This document shows, one piece after another, positions 28,001 to 36,396 of a stretch of 64,000 nt of DNA. The DNA is taken from positions 3,008,001 to 3,072,000 of the forward strand of contig OY769902.1 of NCBI GenBank assembly GCA_963669175.1, written 5' to 3'. The position numbers and the translations under genes are program-made. The notes beneath the pieces were generated by a model. That model saw only the letters and a list, made by a program, of their open reading frames with translations, was not told the origin of the DNA and made no database searches. Source of the DNA: a bacterium (GTDB lineage: Bacteria > Electryoneota > Electryoneia > Electryoneales > Electryoneaceae). Numbering within the stretch: position 1 is the stretch's first letter; each line of letters begins with the position of its first letter.

Positions 28001-30770
28001 GATCCTTGGTTCCGACATGGAAAATGTACCGATCTGGGTTTATGCTACGGCATGGGTCGAATCTGATGGTGAAGAGTTTAACTCAGATCCTTCAGACACG
28101 CTGCTGTTAGCATTCAACATGCCGCCGGATGCTCCGGCTGATGTCGTTGTTGAAGGTGTGAACCACATCTTCCGCACTGCGACTGTTTCCTGGGATGCAC
28201 CGACAACCAACGCTGATGGTACTCCGCTGGTAGACCTTGAAGGTTACCGGGTCGATGCGAACTATGAACTGTACGATAGCACGGATGTTGCAGGCATTGA
28301 TGTACAGATGCTGGAATCCGGGTATTATACTTTCGATGTTTACGCCTTCGACGAAGTACCAAATCAGTCCAATGCTGGTTCTTCTCCAAGCACACGGATT
28401 GGTGACCCGCCATTCTGGTCAAGCTTCGAAGATGACAACGACGATCCGAACCCGTTTGAGGGTGACGGCACTGTCTGGGCGCATGGCGAACCGACTGCCG
28501 GTCCGGGTGAAGCCTATGAAGGCGACATGGTCTGGGCGACCTACCTGGATGGCAACTACAACAACAACGAAGATGCATTCCTGACCTGTACACATGGTTG
28601 GGAACCGATTGATCAGGTTGTCCTGTTAGGCTACTACCACTGGACCAACTTTGAAACCGGATGGGATGGTTACAACCTCCAGGTTTCGACTGACAACGGC
28701 GCTTCGTGGGAAGTCGTGACCCCGATTGGTGGGTATAACGATACCTCAGTCAACGGTCTGGACAACGAAGCTGGCTTTACTGGCAGTTCAAACGAATGGC
28801 AGTATATCCAGTACGACCTGTCAGAGTATGCCGATGCGGACTCGATCCATATCCGCTTCCGCTATGGTTCTGACAGTTCCGGTAACAGCTACTATGGTGT
28901 AGCCATTGACAACATGGAGATCTGGGGCGTTCCGAGTGAGGCGCGTTGCAGCATCGAAGGGTATGTCTGGGATGCAGCCGATGACCCGATGAACGGTGTC
29001 ATGGTGTATCTGGAAGAATTCCCGCAGTACTACACCTATACTGGTGAAGATGGATATTACTTCCTCTTCAACGTACCTGCTGACACGATGGAAACCAGTA
29101 CGATTATTGCAGAATATCCGTACTATTGGCCGAGCATGGCTGATACCATCCTGGTTCCCGATGATACCATGACGGTAGACTTCACACAGGGAACCGGTCG
29201 TGCCTTGCTTTATCCTGATGGAAACATCAGCAACTCTTCTGTTGAATTGCTGGTTGACCTGAACGCAGAGGTTGGTGATTCCACAGGCAGTGTGGACATT
29301 GATCTTGAAAGTGATGGTACCGGTCCGCTGCAGTGGTACTCTTATGTCTGGGTCGTTGACAACGCTACCACAAGTGGTGACGTGAAGTTTGACGGCAAGG
29401 CAACAACTGCAGGTCCGGAAAAAGCCCGCAATGGTCGTATGATGCGGAAAACCAGTGATGCACAGCAGTCTGGTCCGACATTGAAGCTGAATGACGACGA
29501 TATGGGTCCGGTCGTTCCGAACGAACTTGACGAGCGTTGGGACTGGCTGATGACTCTCGACGTAGGCTCAGCTACCATGAATGCCGGCTGTGTTGGTCCG
29601 CTGGTTACATCTGAAGGTATCTTCGTCACAGCGGTTTACCTGAACGAAGAATACGGCGACAACTACTTCTACCAGTTCGATTTGAACGGCAACCCGATTG
29701 CCGCGCGTGAATACCCGGCCGACATCATCGGTGAGGGTGGCACAATCGGTCCGGTCGACGTTGCGTGGGATCCTGTTGATCAGTGGGTCTATGGCGCCAA
29801 CGAAAATGGTGATGTCTGGAAGTTCAAGACCGACATGAGCGAGTATGAATGGGTGCATAACCTTGGATTCTGGCCGACCGGTCTTGCTTACGACTTCAAC
29901 GAAAACTACCTGTACGCAATTCAGGGCAATGTCGGCATGGCCGTTGTTGACCTGAGCAACGGCGCACAGGGCGCCTTCGCGCTGGATGAAGAAGTTGGTC
30001 CGTCACTGGGTATTGCTTACAACCCGCTTGATCTGGATGACATGACGATTTACGTACTGTCACAGAACGGTGATGGTGAAGGTGGTTACCTGCATCGTTT
30101 CGACCCAGTCAACCTCGTCTGGGATACCTACTACCAGACCATTTACGAAGCTGACGCCGGTTCCTCTGGTGGTATAGAAATCAGCCTCGGTTACCACAAT
30201 GCCCGCTACGATATGGTCACCCTGCTGCAGTCTGAAACCGATATCGTTGACATCTGGGAAGGCCAGGTTGCCCCGTTGGATTGGCTCTGGATCACCCCGG
30301 ATGAAGGCAGCATCGAGCCGCAGGAGATGGAAACCGTTACTGTGCATGCTGACATCAGCAGCAAGGCAGAATTCCAGGATGTAGAAGTCGGTGATGAAAT
30401 TGCCGCTGAACTGGTATTCTCCGGTCCGTACTGGGCCAACCCGCCTGTTATTGACCTGGCCGTCATCTTCATCGATGGTTTGGCCGAGGATGCCGCTGAG
30501 ATGCCGACCAAGTACGCGTTGCACCAGAACTATCCGAACCCGTTCAACCCGCAGACCCAGATCAAGTTTGACCTGGTCAATCCGCAGAAGGTCAGGTTGA
30601 CGGTGTACAACGTGATGGGTCAGGAAGTAATGCGCCTGGTCGATCAGCCGCTGCAGGCTGGTTTCCACAGCGTAACCTTCGACGCCACCAACCTCGCCAG
30701 CGGTATGTACTTCTACCGCATCGAAGCTGGTAACTTCACTTCCATGAAGAAGATGGTCATGGTGAAGTAA
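22071..30770 (+). CDS. Giant acidic secreted multidomain protein with C-terminal T9SS type-A/FlgD-like sorting domain (start may be 22086)
   Basis: Signal peptide; carboxypeptidase-regulatory-like repeats (G.VTD....PI.GA.V, TDENG.Y), FN3-like, NIDO-like (CTNGW.SF), jelly-roll (WG.PT.GP..A..G...W), propeller-like region; LHQNYPNPFNP...LASGMYFYRI...KKMVMVK. Confidence 0.9.
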   Translation: MRGVRMQRYCALFVIVLLLVSAGFVMAQEGTNSNIDDRGEVIPSWVPNLGQPVQSRFSELDEVSIAFVRDAVNGWGNIATILDTMAELTYDVITSADLATADLSEYVAIVVDGNQSGTFYTNINANMDVLEEFVDDGGWLEFHGANNSHNPYWELWDGTTYIYSLNSTTNYIQDDEHPIVEGEANPEGNSCNHGYLTDYPDDANIIVSQDEAGVNATLIEYAYGSGNVVVTTMTYAHMWNNNYAGAYLAGNTLTYVVYHPIWGALMGTVTDTGDDPIDGAEINVYDENDEFVATTTSDENGDYEIIETLFEGTYYVTAFAPGYVLATETDVAIVSEDTTTVDFSLAANEETVTISGTVISADTPDTPIAGITVYIPLLDVSDVTDENGDFDLGTQFTGTYTFVISNDPEGSEVYHTMSFAGVEVDDDAVPLSFSVYEILPPQNLAGASENGSVTLSWDPPANMEQDEMMAAALEQEIGWLAETIELIEARGTQQERAKLPLIEQEMYQKQSILNSIERRREQMENGEELDEITDFLGYRIKMTYPNGLESLLDDYVTATTHTVGNLQNGNLYNFMVAADYGYGEDYLVWSNEINIRPLPTTGYVVSVVDYDWIEINPANGGDGEVAINAGDDSNSGEISFAPLSFEYWGNDYDSFGACTNGWFSFTNFTSGSITVDLPNTALPNAVLQALNGDFHAGVADDDMAIWYLVDDEEDLVVVQYLLRPLGNTEYRYSYQIVLDCANGSIQFNYEEADDWPYYHRGPTGIENVDGTEAYIWDYTLIEDEYSIFFQAPDWDWGSISGMVYDDVTLDPLEGVTVVATDSEDMTWTSETDENGWFTVLVNAEDGPWDLSLNIPGWYESTVTNVTIPVDSFGVQIDDVYMEGVPIGYYDDFEDDQGPWETSLNNIPDDWDWGTPTSGPDEAHSGVNLWAQNLSGNHHGAPSYGATRGDTLWSTQEWYVGSEDAVLTYWHWHDYYISGTTFYNGYNVQISTDGGMNWDIITPIGNYDGSCNYMGETGYPLAEAIFGGTTDGWEQVAFELGDYFGEDIMLMFHAAGYYYTGYQRAGVYIDDVRLHGVPVPSRIEGYVTDSGDESVIAGADVNLWYDGEVVGHGVTDENGFYSINEVVPSLYRQNDYELEAFAAFYMADTLHAYDVTEGDTLVADFELDEETRTSNIFGSVFSEDTPDTPVEGALVTIPQLGLTETTDADGEFDFGAQIIGIYTLVVHFDTPQTFHETHFYNQQITVDNESIDLLIPEIMPPATFSADDSDMAIVLTWTDPANTPEEDLMQLRVDIEAFRASINELRSTGDPRALAKLPEEEQRLFSMENRLARLEQLAELEIDDIEDFQGYRIYLDGEILDTLLYPWIHTYTINGLSNGHEYHVSVAADYGYDEDYLVWATDEEGEITGIRPLPPAGYVFNPMEYEWIELDPDEGGDGEVAHDNGDDANSGEVSFAPLEFDFYGTTYSSFGACTNGWMSFTDFTSGTIGPALPSTSAPNATVIALNGDYHAGVSGDDCNIWYLVDEANDRVVIQFRLRPYGGSHTDYRHNYQVVLDCETNAMHFNYNTSEDWMEYVRQNGVVGVENETGMAASTFNMESIVDEMSLSVRYVEAFGNVIGTITDANEDPIAGAYVFLQEDRSAYGISDENGFYEILLANTENAPYTVVCEADGYVRETVQDVDWENGEFDQEVDFQLDVISDQTPPYFVSWDVDYDDRLSFVLGEPGAYQHMMTMQYDDGTAADAWVIPANGENAMWAVPFEASTEARIVQAEIRVTIPNSAWGNWPDAQSDPVIVKIFADDNGQPGEVLYTSPATVAQHGSVVINPSLEIEGRFWVGFYAQSGLEALCVDTYANNGDLVSMTLDGENWQQFEVNGDPMIRIDLHSASSIEMVDIDDLNLPEATFDKGAAVPVAATHQSPVYGVLAPMYSPKASLREGWNRDLRSELDEFLGFNIYYSTDGEDFELANEDLIEDTEYDLILGSDMENVPIWVYATAWVESDGEEFNSDPSDTLLLAFNMPPDAPADVVVEGVNHIFRTATVSWDAPTTNADGTPLVDLEGYRVDANYELYDSTDVAGIDVQMLESGYYTFDVYAFDEVPNQSNAGSSPSTRIGDPPFWSSFEDDNDDPNPFEGDGTVWAHGEPTAGPGEAYEGDMVWATYLDGNYNNNEDAFLTCTHGWEPIDQVVLLGYYHWTNFETGWDGYNLQVSTDNGASWEVVTPIGGYNDTSVNGLDNEAGFTGSSNEWQYIQYDLSEYADADSIHIRFRYGSDSSGNSYYGVAIDNMEIWGVPSEARCSIEGYVWDAADDPMNGVMVYLEEFPQYYTYTGEDGYYFLFNVPADTMETSTIIAEYPYYWPSMADTILVPDDTMTVDFTQGTGRALLYPDGNISNSSVELLVDLNAEVGDSTGSVDIDLESDGTGPLQWYSYVWVVDNATTSGDVKFDGKATTAGPEKARNGRMMRKTSDAQQSGPTLKLNDDDMGPVVPNELDERWDWLMTLDVGSATMNAGCVGPLVTSEGIFVTAVYLNEEYGDNYFYQFDLNGNPIAAREYPADIIGEGGTIGPVDVAWDPVDQWVYGANENGDVWKFKTDMSEYEWVHNLGFWPTGLAYDFNENYLYAIQGNVGMAVVDLSNGAQGAFALDEEVGPSLGIAYNPLDLDDMTIYVLSQNGDGEGGYLHRFDPVNLVWDTYYQTIYEADAGSSGGIEISLGYHNARYDMVTLLQSETDIVDIWEGQVAPLDWLWITPDEGSIEPQEMETVTVHADISSKAEFQDVEVGDEIAAELVFSGPYWANPPVIDLAVIFIDGLAEDAAEMPTKYALHQNYPNPFNPQTQIKFDLVNPQKVRLTVYNVMGQEVMRLVDQPLQAGFHSVTFDATNLASGMYFYRIEAGNFTSMKKMVMVK

Positions 30771-30816
30771 GTTGAAGGAAAGGGGTGAGTGAACCTCACC
30801 TTTTGATCCGCATTTC

Positions 30817-30854
30817 AAGCCGACGGCGCTTTATTGGGGCCGTCGGCTTTTTTT
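30817..30854 (+). terminator. Intrinsic terminator
   Basis: aagccgacggc/gccgtcggctt followed by a T-tract. Confidence 0.85.
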
Positions 30855-30920
30855 GGATACATAGCTCACTCCCGAACAGATCATGTGATACGGTTCACTG
30901 GTAAGCTGAGAACAAACGAG

Positions 30921-30951
30921 AAAGGGCCGGTACATGTCTTGTACCGGCCCT
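30921..30951 (-). terminator. Terminator downstream of tRNA
   Basis: agggccggtaca/tgtaccggccct stem. Confidence 0.7.
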
Positions 30952-30958
30952 GCAACTG

Positions 30959-31031
<73 letters not shown>

Positions 31032-31325
31032 TTCGGCCACAAAAAGTATACTCGCGGAAGCCGCGAGCGACACCAAATATACCGTAAAAGGTTGGAGAAT
31101 GCAAAGGGAAGAATAGGGGGGAAGAGAAAGGACAGGAGATGTGAATAGAAGCCCACAAACCCAGGCGCTTTCTTAAAACGTATAAAGTGTCACAGGTATA
31201 AAAAGACAAAAAATCCGTGGTAACGGAGCTAGGGAGTACACAAAAGAAAATTGTTGCCCAATTCTTTCAGGAACAAGTACATTGTTCGCAGACAAAACAG
31301 AACCCCACAACATGGCACAGGCAGG

Positions 31326-31721
31326 ATGGCAAGAAAAATTCAGTTCGAGGTGCAGGTAAACACAACGGCAAACCGCCTTATGATAGCCATCCATGATAGT
31401 TTTGAACGTCTGGATACCGCATCAATGGAGCGGCAAATCAGGCTGGCACTAAAGAGACTCTCGCCCGGTTTTACTGTATTAACAGTCATTGGCAATATCA
31501 AACCTGTCAATCCTGATGTACAGGTTAAGGTTCTTGAGCTAATGAAACTTGTAAACATGGGCACACCTTCAAAGCGCGCACGTGTTGTATCACCATTAAT
31601 CAATATCCAGATGAACCGGATTCTTGCTATCTTGGGGGAAGAATCAAGGAATTTTACAAACGTGGAAGATGCAATCGCATATCTTGATGAGAAGAATGAA
31701 GCCGACGACGACGACGATTAA
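31326..31721 (+). CDS. Small alpha/beta protein, possibly STAS/SEC14 (SpoIIAA-like)
   Basis: NRL.I....F, L.PGFTVLT, ARVV, F....DAIAYLD pattern; ATG after GGCAGG. Confidence 0.5.
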   Translation: MARKIQFEVQVNTTANRLMIAIHDSFERLDTASMERQIRLALKRLSPGFTVLTVIGNIKPVNPDVQVKVLELMKLVNMGTPSKRARVVSPLINIQMNRILAILGEESRNFTNVEDAIAYLDEKNEADDDDD

Positions 31722-31776
31722 TAGCCTGCTACTTCCGGTGTAATGTTACAACTCTGCCGCGTCGGCGAAGAATACC

Positions 31777-33027
31777 TTACCAGGAAAGGATAAGCACCAC
31801 ATTCCCACCGCCGAAACTGCTGTTCCAGCTTCTATCCAGGTTCTGCATTACCCTGAAACGCAATTCACCTTCCGGGATTGGCCAGCGATAATCGAAGTGT
31901 GAGAATGTTCCGCCTCGGAATTTCAGCCCGGTTGCGAGTCCGAACCGGATATTCAGGTCACTCTGCCGTTTATTGCCTTCCAGTGCGCCATTCTGTTCGA
32001 TTTCTCGCATCAGGGTCATAACGCTGACTTCACCGAAAGGCATGTAACCGAACATGCGGCGTACGGAAATCTGTGGAAATATCTCGGTCATTTCACGGAC
32101 GCGACTGCGACGTCCGAGAATGGGATCCACGTTATGTTTGTTTTCCCAGGTATAGTCAAAGGGCAAATCTGCTTCCCATTGCCACATGGGGAAACGCTGG
32201 GCGTAATAAACCTTGAAGCCAAAGGTGTTCTGTTCACGGCGCCAGATATCATACGTGAAGTGGTCCGCCTTGTAACTGTGGCCATAGTTCAAAACGCCAC
32301 CGGTATAGGTGTATTCTGTCCTGCGTTCAAGACGGAGCGCTACATTTTTCATGTCGCCAAAGCGCTCTTCGGGCCACTCCAGATCGGGGTTGTCAAACTT
32401 CTGTTTCCAGGGAGCTTCCATCTCGCCGTCGAGATAGATCATATAGTCGGCGCCAAGAGGATACCTGACTTCCATGGATAAACGATGGGGCAGTTTCTCA
32501 TAGGATGCGTCATCGTAGCTCTTGTCGTTGTACAGCCAGTTATACGCGAAATAGTAAAAACGGACAAACTTGAACAATCCCTTGCGGTACCCGAAAGAGA
32601 GGCCAAGCGTCATATCCTCTTTACGATGATACACACCGGTAATCAACCCGATGGTCGGGCCGGAATTGAAACGGTATTCCATGTCCGCGAAGGTGTCAAA
32701 CAGGTGATTGGTGAAATCATCGTATCGTTTGAAACGGTAGCGCAGTTTTATCTGAGCGGAAGCGTGGGCGACAATGCGGCCTTCTTCATGGATAAGGAAT
32801 TCCCGTGAAGAAATCGACCCCACGGTTGCACGCAACGCGGTAATCTCTTCGTTTCGGAGCCAGTCAGCATTATGAGTGGCCCGGAACAGGTAGGACTTGT
32901 ACGCTGAACGGGGAGTTGTATCCCAGATGTCACCCTTCTCGTCTGCCCATTCCTGAAGAGGCGTATCGTCTGCTGCTGATACCAATGGAAAAAGCAGGAG
33001 AATGAAAAGTAAGACCCATCTCTGCAT
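31777..33027 (-). CDS. Putative outer-membrane beta-barrel protein
   Basis: Signal peptide (VSA-A); alternating aromatic beta-strands; C-terminal FGGGNVVLILSW. Confidence 0.6.
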   Translation of the reverse strand: MQRWVLLFILLLFPLVSAADDTPLQEWADEKGDIWDTTPRSAYKSYLFRATHNADWLRNEEITALRATVGSISSREFLIHEEGRIVAHASAQIKLRYRFKRYDDFTNHLFDTFADMEYRFNSGPTIGLITGVYHRKEDMTLGLSFGYRKGLFKFVRFYYFAYNWLYNDKSYDDASYEKLPHRLSMEVRYPLGADYMIYLDGEMEAPWKQKFDNPDLEWPEERFGDMKNVALRLERRTEYTYTGGVLNYGHSYKADHFTYDIWRREQNTFGFKVYYAQRFPMWQWEADLPFDYTWENKHNVDPILGRRSRVREMTEIFPQISVRRMFGYMPFGEVSVMTLMREIEQNGALEGNKRQSDLNIRFGLATGLKFRGGTFSHFDYRWPIPEGELRFRVMQNLDRSWNSSFGGGNVVLILSW

Positions 33028-33197
33028 CTTGCCTATCCCCTTGCCTGCTTGATGATAGGGAACCAAAACCATGTCTCACGAGTATTCTTGTTGACTACAA
33101 ACGTATCTCCTGAATCGCCTGAGAACAAGAGGGGAGAGGAGTTTTTTCCATTTCGAGAACTTTTGCGATCATTGAGTCAGGGAATTTCGAGAAAAGC

Positions 33198-33227
33198 TTG
33201 ACAAGCCCTGAATCGACCAGCTATTTT
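33198..33227 (+). promoter_or_regulatory. Sigma70-type promoter
   Basis: TTGACA-N18-TATTTT, 7 nt before the structured RNA. Confidence 0.6.
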
Positions 33228-33233
33228 GATAGT

Positions 33234-33349
33234 AACGGTCATCATTCCACGGGAGTAGCGAACCAGACGTTGTGCGAGGTGAACAGGTTCATCAAGGGTC
33301 AGCCAAAGAGAATACGGCCTTTGAAAGCTCTCGAGTAAGGGTGACCGTT
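33234..33349 (+). ncRNA. Unassigned structured RNA or 5' leader (three-way junction)
   Basis: P1 aacggtcatc/ggtgaccgtt, P1b cgggagt/gctctcg, P2 gaacc/ggttc, P3 tcaagggtc/ggcctttga; several G-U pairs. Confidence 0.55.
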
Positions 33350-33409
33350 TGCTATGTCCATTAAAGAATGTTCCCAGGACATGACAACGGTGAACAGGAC
33401 GGATCTTCA

Positions 33410-34381
33410 ATGCGATTAAAAACTTTCACGCAGGTATTGGCAGTGGCGCTGACGTTGAGCCTTTCCGGCCTTCCCGCGTTGGCTGAATTTGATTTTGGCG
33501 CAAAATACGCCGGCGATTTCATGAGCGGGCAATCCAATGCACGCCTGCTTGCCATGGGCGGCGTCGGCGCCGCACTCGCTGATGGTCCTTCCGCTGTGCT
33601 GGGCAATCCGGCGCTGTTGTTTACCGAACGACAGCATACGGTATCGCTGATGCATGCTGACCGGTTCCTCTCCGCTGTCAAAGTCGATCATGCCATCTAT
33701 GTACGTCAGGATGGCGCTGACCGGGCGTACGGTTTCGGATTATTGCGACAGGGGGTAGATGATATTCCCGTTACGCAACTGGTTGATCCGACGCAACCTG
33801 TCGGTAGCGACAATCGTGTGCGTGTGCTGGAACAGACCAGCGCTTCGGAATACGCTTTCCAGTTTGCTTATGGAATGAACCGTTCCTTCGGGAAAATCGG
33901 GGCAACGGCAAAACTCCTGTACAAGCGTCTGTATGAGAATGATGCGTTCGGTCTGGGATTTGATATAGGTTATGCGCGCAACTTCGGAGACCTGACAGTC
34001 GGCGCCCAGGTTCGTGATGTAACCACCTCCATCCTTGCCTGGGATACGGGAAGGCAGGAAGCGATTGTACCAACAGCGCGTATCGGATTGGCATATCATC
34101 TCGAAGTTTCACGTCTGAATGCGGACATTACGCCGGTTGTAGAGGTGCGTATGCGGACAGAATCGCTGGGCGATCCGGATTTCGCTACGTTTCATGCCGG
34201 TTTTGAGTACATGGTTCAAAAAGTTGTAGCTGCACGAATTGGTGTTGATGACAGGCATATGACCTACGGCGCGGGCTTGCATTTCGGTCCGGTGCGTGTG
34301 GATTATGCGTTTGTCGGGCATGAGGATCTGGGCGCGACACACCGTGTCAGCCTCGGGTACGCATGGGGTGTGAAGGAGTAA
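33410..34381 (+). CDS. PorV/PorQ-family outer-membrane barrel (T9SS-like component)
   Basis: Signal peptide; ARLLAMGG...A.ADG.SA..NPA.L, GLGFDIG, TYGAG, VDYAF..H.DLG.THRVSL. Confidence 0.85.
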   Translation: MRLKTFTQVLAVALTLSLSGLPALAEFDFGAKYAGDFMSGQSNARLLAMGGVGAALADGPSAVLGNPALLFTERQHTVSLMHADRFLSAVKVDHAIYVRQDGADRAYGFGLLRQGVDDIPVTQLVDPTQPVGSDNRVRVLEQTSASEYAFQFAYGMNRSFGKIGATAKLLYKRLYENDAFGLGFDIGYARNFGDLTVGAQVRDVTTSILAWDTGRQEAIVPTARIGLAYHLEVSRLNADITPVVEVRMRTESLGDPDFATFHAGFEYMVQKVVAARIGVDDRHMTYGAGLHFGPVRVDYAFVGHEDLGATHRVSLGYAWGVKE

Positions 34382-34385
34382 CAAG

Positions 34386-35105
34386 ATGAACAAGAACCAG
34401 TCCTTTTTATTCTTCTTCCTGGTTCTATTGCTGGTAACTCTCCTGTTGATGACAGTTACTGGACCGAAGCACTGGGCAGACATGAACGGTAGCCAGGCGA
34501 AAGCCGGTATTGCTCACAAGAGTAATCATCATAACGGCCTCGCTCCGATCATGTTCCCGGAAATCCTGGTAAAACACGCTCACCGTTATCCCGGTATGGA
34601 AGCTTCTGATGTATATAAGCTGATCTACCAGGGAACCATGGGACCGGGGCATTTTAATGCCAGCAGCGACGTCTACCTGTCTTTTCTAAGGAAGGAAGTG
34701 GAGCGTTTGCGCGAGGAACCGGCCTGGGAAGGGGATACAATCCTGGTTGAATCCATCGGAGATCGTTTTGTCAGAATCCATCTACGTCCGTACCTGGAAC
34801 AGGGAGGTACGCTCGAAGCGCTTACGGAAGCCTATGAACGATCATTGCAGGTTCCCGCTGATACCGGGCTGTTTTTCCGCCGAATGAGCCGTCTGACTCA
34901 TACGGAAGGCATTATGGATACAGTCCTGCCTTCGATAGATGACCTGGCCGTTTTCATGGAACAAGTCAGTGACGGATACAACCCGCCGCCAGTACACCAC
35001 AGTGACATATTCAAGGCAAATTACCATCCGCACTACCGTGTTCTTTCTTCTTCCGAAGCTGAACATCTTTTGTCCCTGCTAAAGGATATTAAGGACAAAC
35101 AATAA
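34386..35105 (+). CDS. Conserved-looking hypothetical protein with N-terminal hydrophobic segment
   Basis: H..RYP.M...D.YKL.YQ..MGPGH, VRIHLRP, VHHS..F...Y.PHYRV motifs. Confidence 0.6.
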   Translation: MNKNQSFLFFFLVLLLVTLLLMTVTGPKHWADMNGSQAKAGIAHKSNHHNGLAPIMFPEILVKHAHRYPGMEASDVYKLIYQGTMGPGHFNASSDVYLSFLRKEVERLREEPAWEGDTILVESIGDRFVRIHLRPYLEQGGTLEALTEAYERSLQVPADTGLFFRRMSRLTHTEGIMDTVLPSIDDLAVFMEQVSDGYNPPPVHHSDIFKANYHPHYRVLSSSEAEHLLSLLKDIKDKQ

Positions 35106-35249
35106 CCTTCTCTTTCGTTGAACCAACCGGTTGCACCTCATTGCATGTGTTGATCAGGAAACAAATGCCTTTTCGACGCATACAACAGGTAATGCAGTTT
35201 TACAAACTAATCGTTATACAGTAATCCAACGAACGATTTATTGGACATT

Positions 35250-35355
35250 TGGAAAAAGGGATGTGGAAAAAGGGGACTGCCTCCTTTCCCCGGGATAAAG
35301 CTGTCCCACTGTGAGCATGGTCGGGAAAGGTGGCTGTACCCTTTTCCCGGCAATC
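35250..35355. repeat. REP-like cluster, family A (two units)
   Basis: tggaaaaaggggactgcctcctttccc identical to the 5354-5380 copy; ends ccttttcccggcaatc as at 5538-5553. Confidence 0.85.
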
Positions 35356-35493
35356 TTTTAACCTAATATATTAGAGAACAGCAATAGTGCATACCATGTG
35401 ATATTCTGGCATTCCGGCAGCTTTTCCGTTACTTTACAAGTGGGCGATCCATCTTCATTGCCCCACATGGGCCATACAGAGAGGTGAAAAGGG

Positions 35494-35823
35494 ATGATTG
35501 GGAACATTTTCCTGATTCTCTTCGCCATTTTGCTGATCATGAAAGGCCGCTTGCCATATGGGTGGTGGTCCGATACCCAATGGTTCATCGTTCATCCGGT
35601 GTGGGCCAGGATAGCCGGTGTGCTGTGGATCATCGGTGTCGTGTTTGATATGGTAAACCTTGGTGCAATCATTCATCTTCCCGCTATTATTTTCTGGAGC
35701 GGCGTGATCAGCGTGGCAATTGGAGTTGTCGCCGAGCTGTTCCGTCTTGGGGCAAGATCCAATGATCCGAATGTCGCCCAGCAGATCATCGACGATTATC
35801 GAAAGGAAAAGGATGGGAACTGA
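35494..35823 (+). CDS. Small hypothetical membrane protein
   Basis: Three hydrophobic segments; overlaps the next gene. Confidence 0.6.
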   Translation: MIGNIFLILFAILLIMKGRLPYGWWSDTQWFIVHPVWARIAGVLWIIGVVFDMVNLGAIIHLPAIIFWSGVISVAIGVVAELFRLGARSNDPNVAQQIIDDYRKEKDGN

Positions 35824-36223
35824 TGCGCCTGATTTGAGTAATCTGGGAGCGTTTGCAGGATTCGAAGGCTGGTGGCCGTTCCTGATAGGAGGAGTGGCCG
35901 TTTTCGTCGGGATTGGCATGTTTCTCTCCTATGATATCTGGGTAATCCACCTGATCCGCAAGAATTTCCCCGTTGAAAAGCTGAATTTTCGCTGGATCGG
36001 TCCGGCGTTGGGGGCATTGGTTGCTATATTGGTTCTACGAGGTATCTTCATTGTCCTCGACATTCTCTTGGCTGTTGTTCTCCTGTATACGATATATCGC
36101 CTGATTCCTAACACATTGTGGAAAGGCTTTTTCCGTTCTGACAAGGATGGGGAGGAGCTGCTGGATGACATTCGCAAAAAGGCGCAAAAGAGGCAGGAAA
36201 TGGAAGGCTTGCGCAAGAAATAG
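35813..36223 (+). CDS. Small hypothetical membrane protein
   Basis: ATG 35813 after GGAAAAGG; 2-3 TM segments and a charged tail. Confidence 0.6.
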   Translation: MGTDAPDLSNLGAFAGFEGWWPFLIGGVAVFVGIGMFLSYDIWVIHLIRKNFPVEKLNFRWIGPALGALVAILVLRGIFIVLDILLAVVLLYTIYRLIPNTLWKGFFRSDKDGEELLDDIRKKAQKRQEMEGLRKK

Positions 36224-36237
36224 GGGAGAAGAAGTAC

Positions 36238-36378
36238 ATGTATTGCCGGAAATGCCACATCAAAATGAAAGAGGAGAAACGGGTATTCCATAAGCGCAGG
36301 AAGTGGATCTGCCCGCTTTGTGGCGCGGTTCGGATGCAGGTTCCTGTGCCGAAGAAGAAGTTTCCCGGAAAAAGCTGA
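36238..36378 (+). CDS. 46-aa basic zinc-ribbon microprotein (absent from the ORF track)
   Basis: MYCRKCHIKMKEEKRVFHKRRKWICPLCGAVRMQVPVPKKKFPGKS; RBS GGGGAG; fills the gap between flanking genes. Confidence 0.7.
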   Translation: MYCRKCHIKMKEEKRVFHKRRKWICPLCGAVRMQVPVPKKKFPGKS

Positions 36379-36396
36379 AAGCACGGGGGAGAAAAC

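Noticed and set aside
33234-33349. Assignment as 5S rRNA, SRP RNA, 6S RNA or yybP-ykoY riboswitch
   Set aside because: Lacks 5S loop C (CCGAAC context), SRP CAGG..GGAAGCAG, 6S length and yybP GCxAGACC; kept as an unassigned RNA
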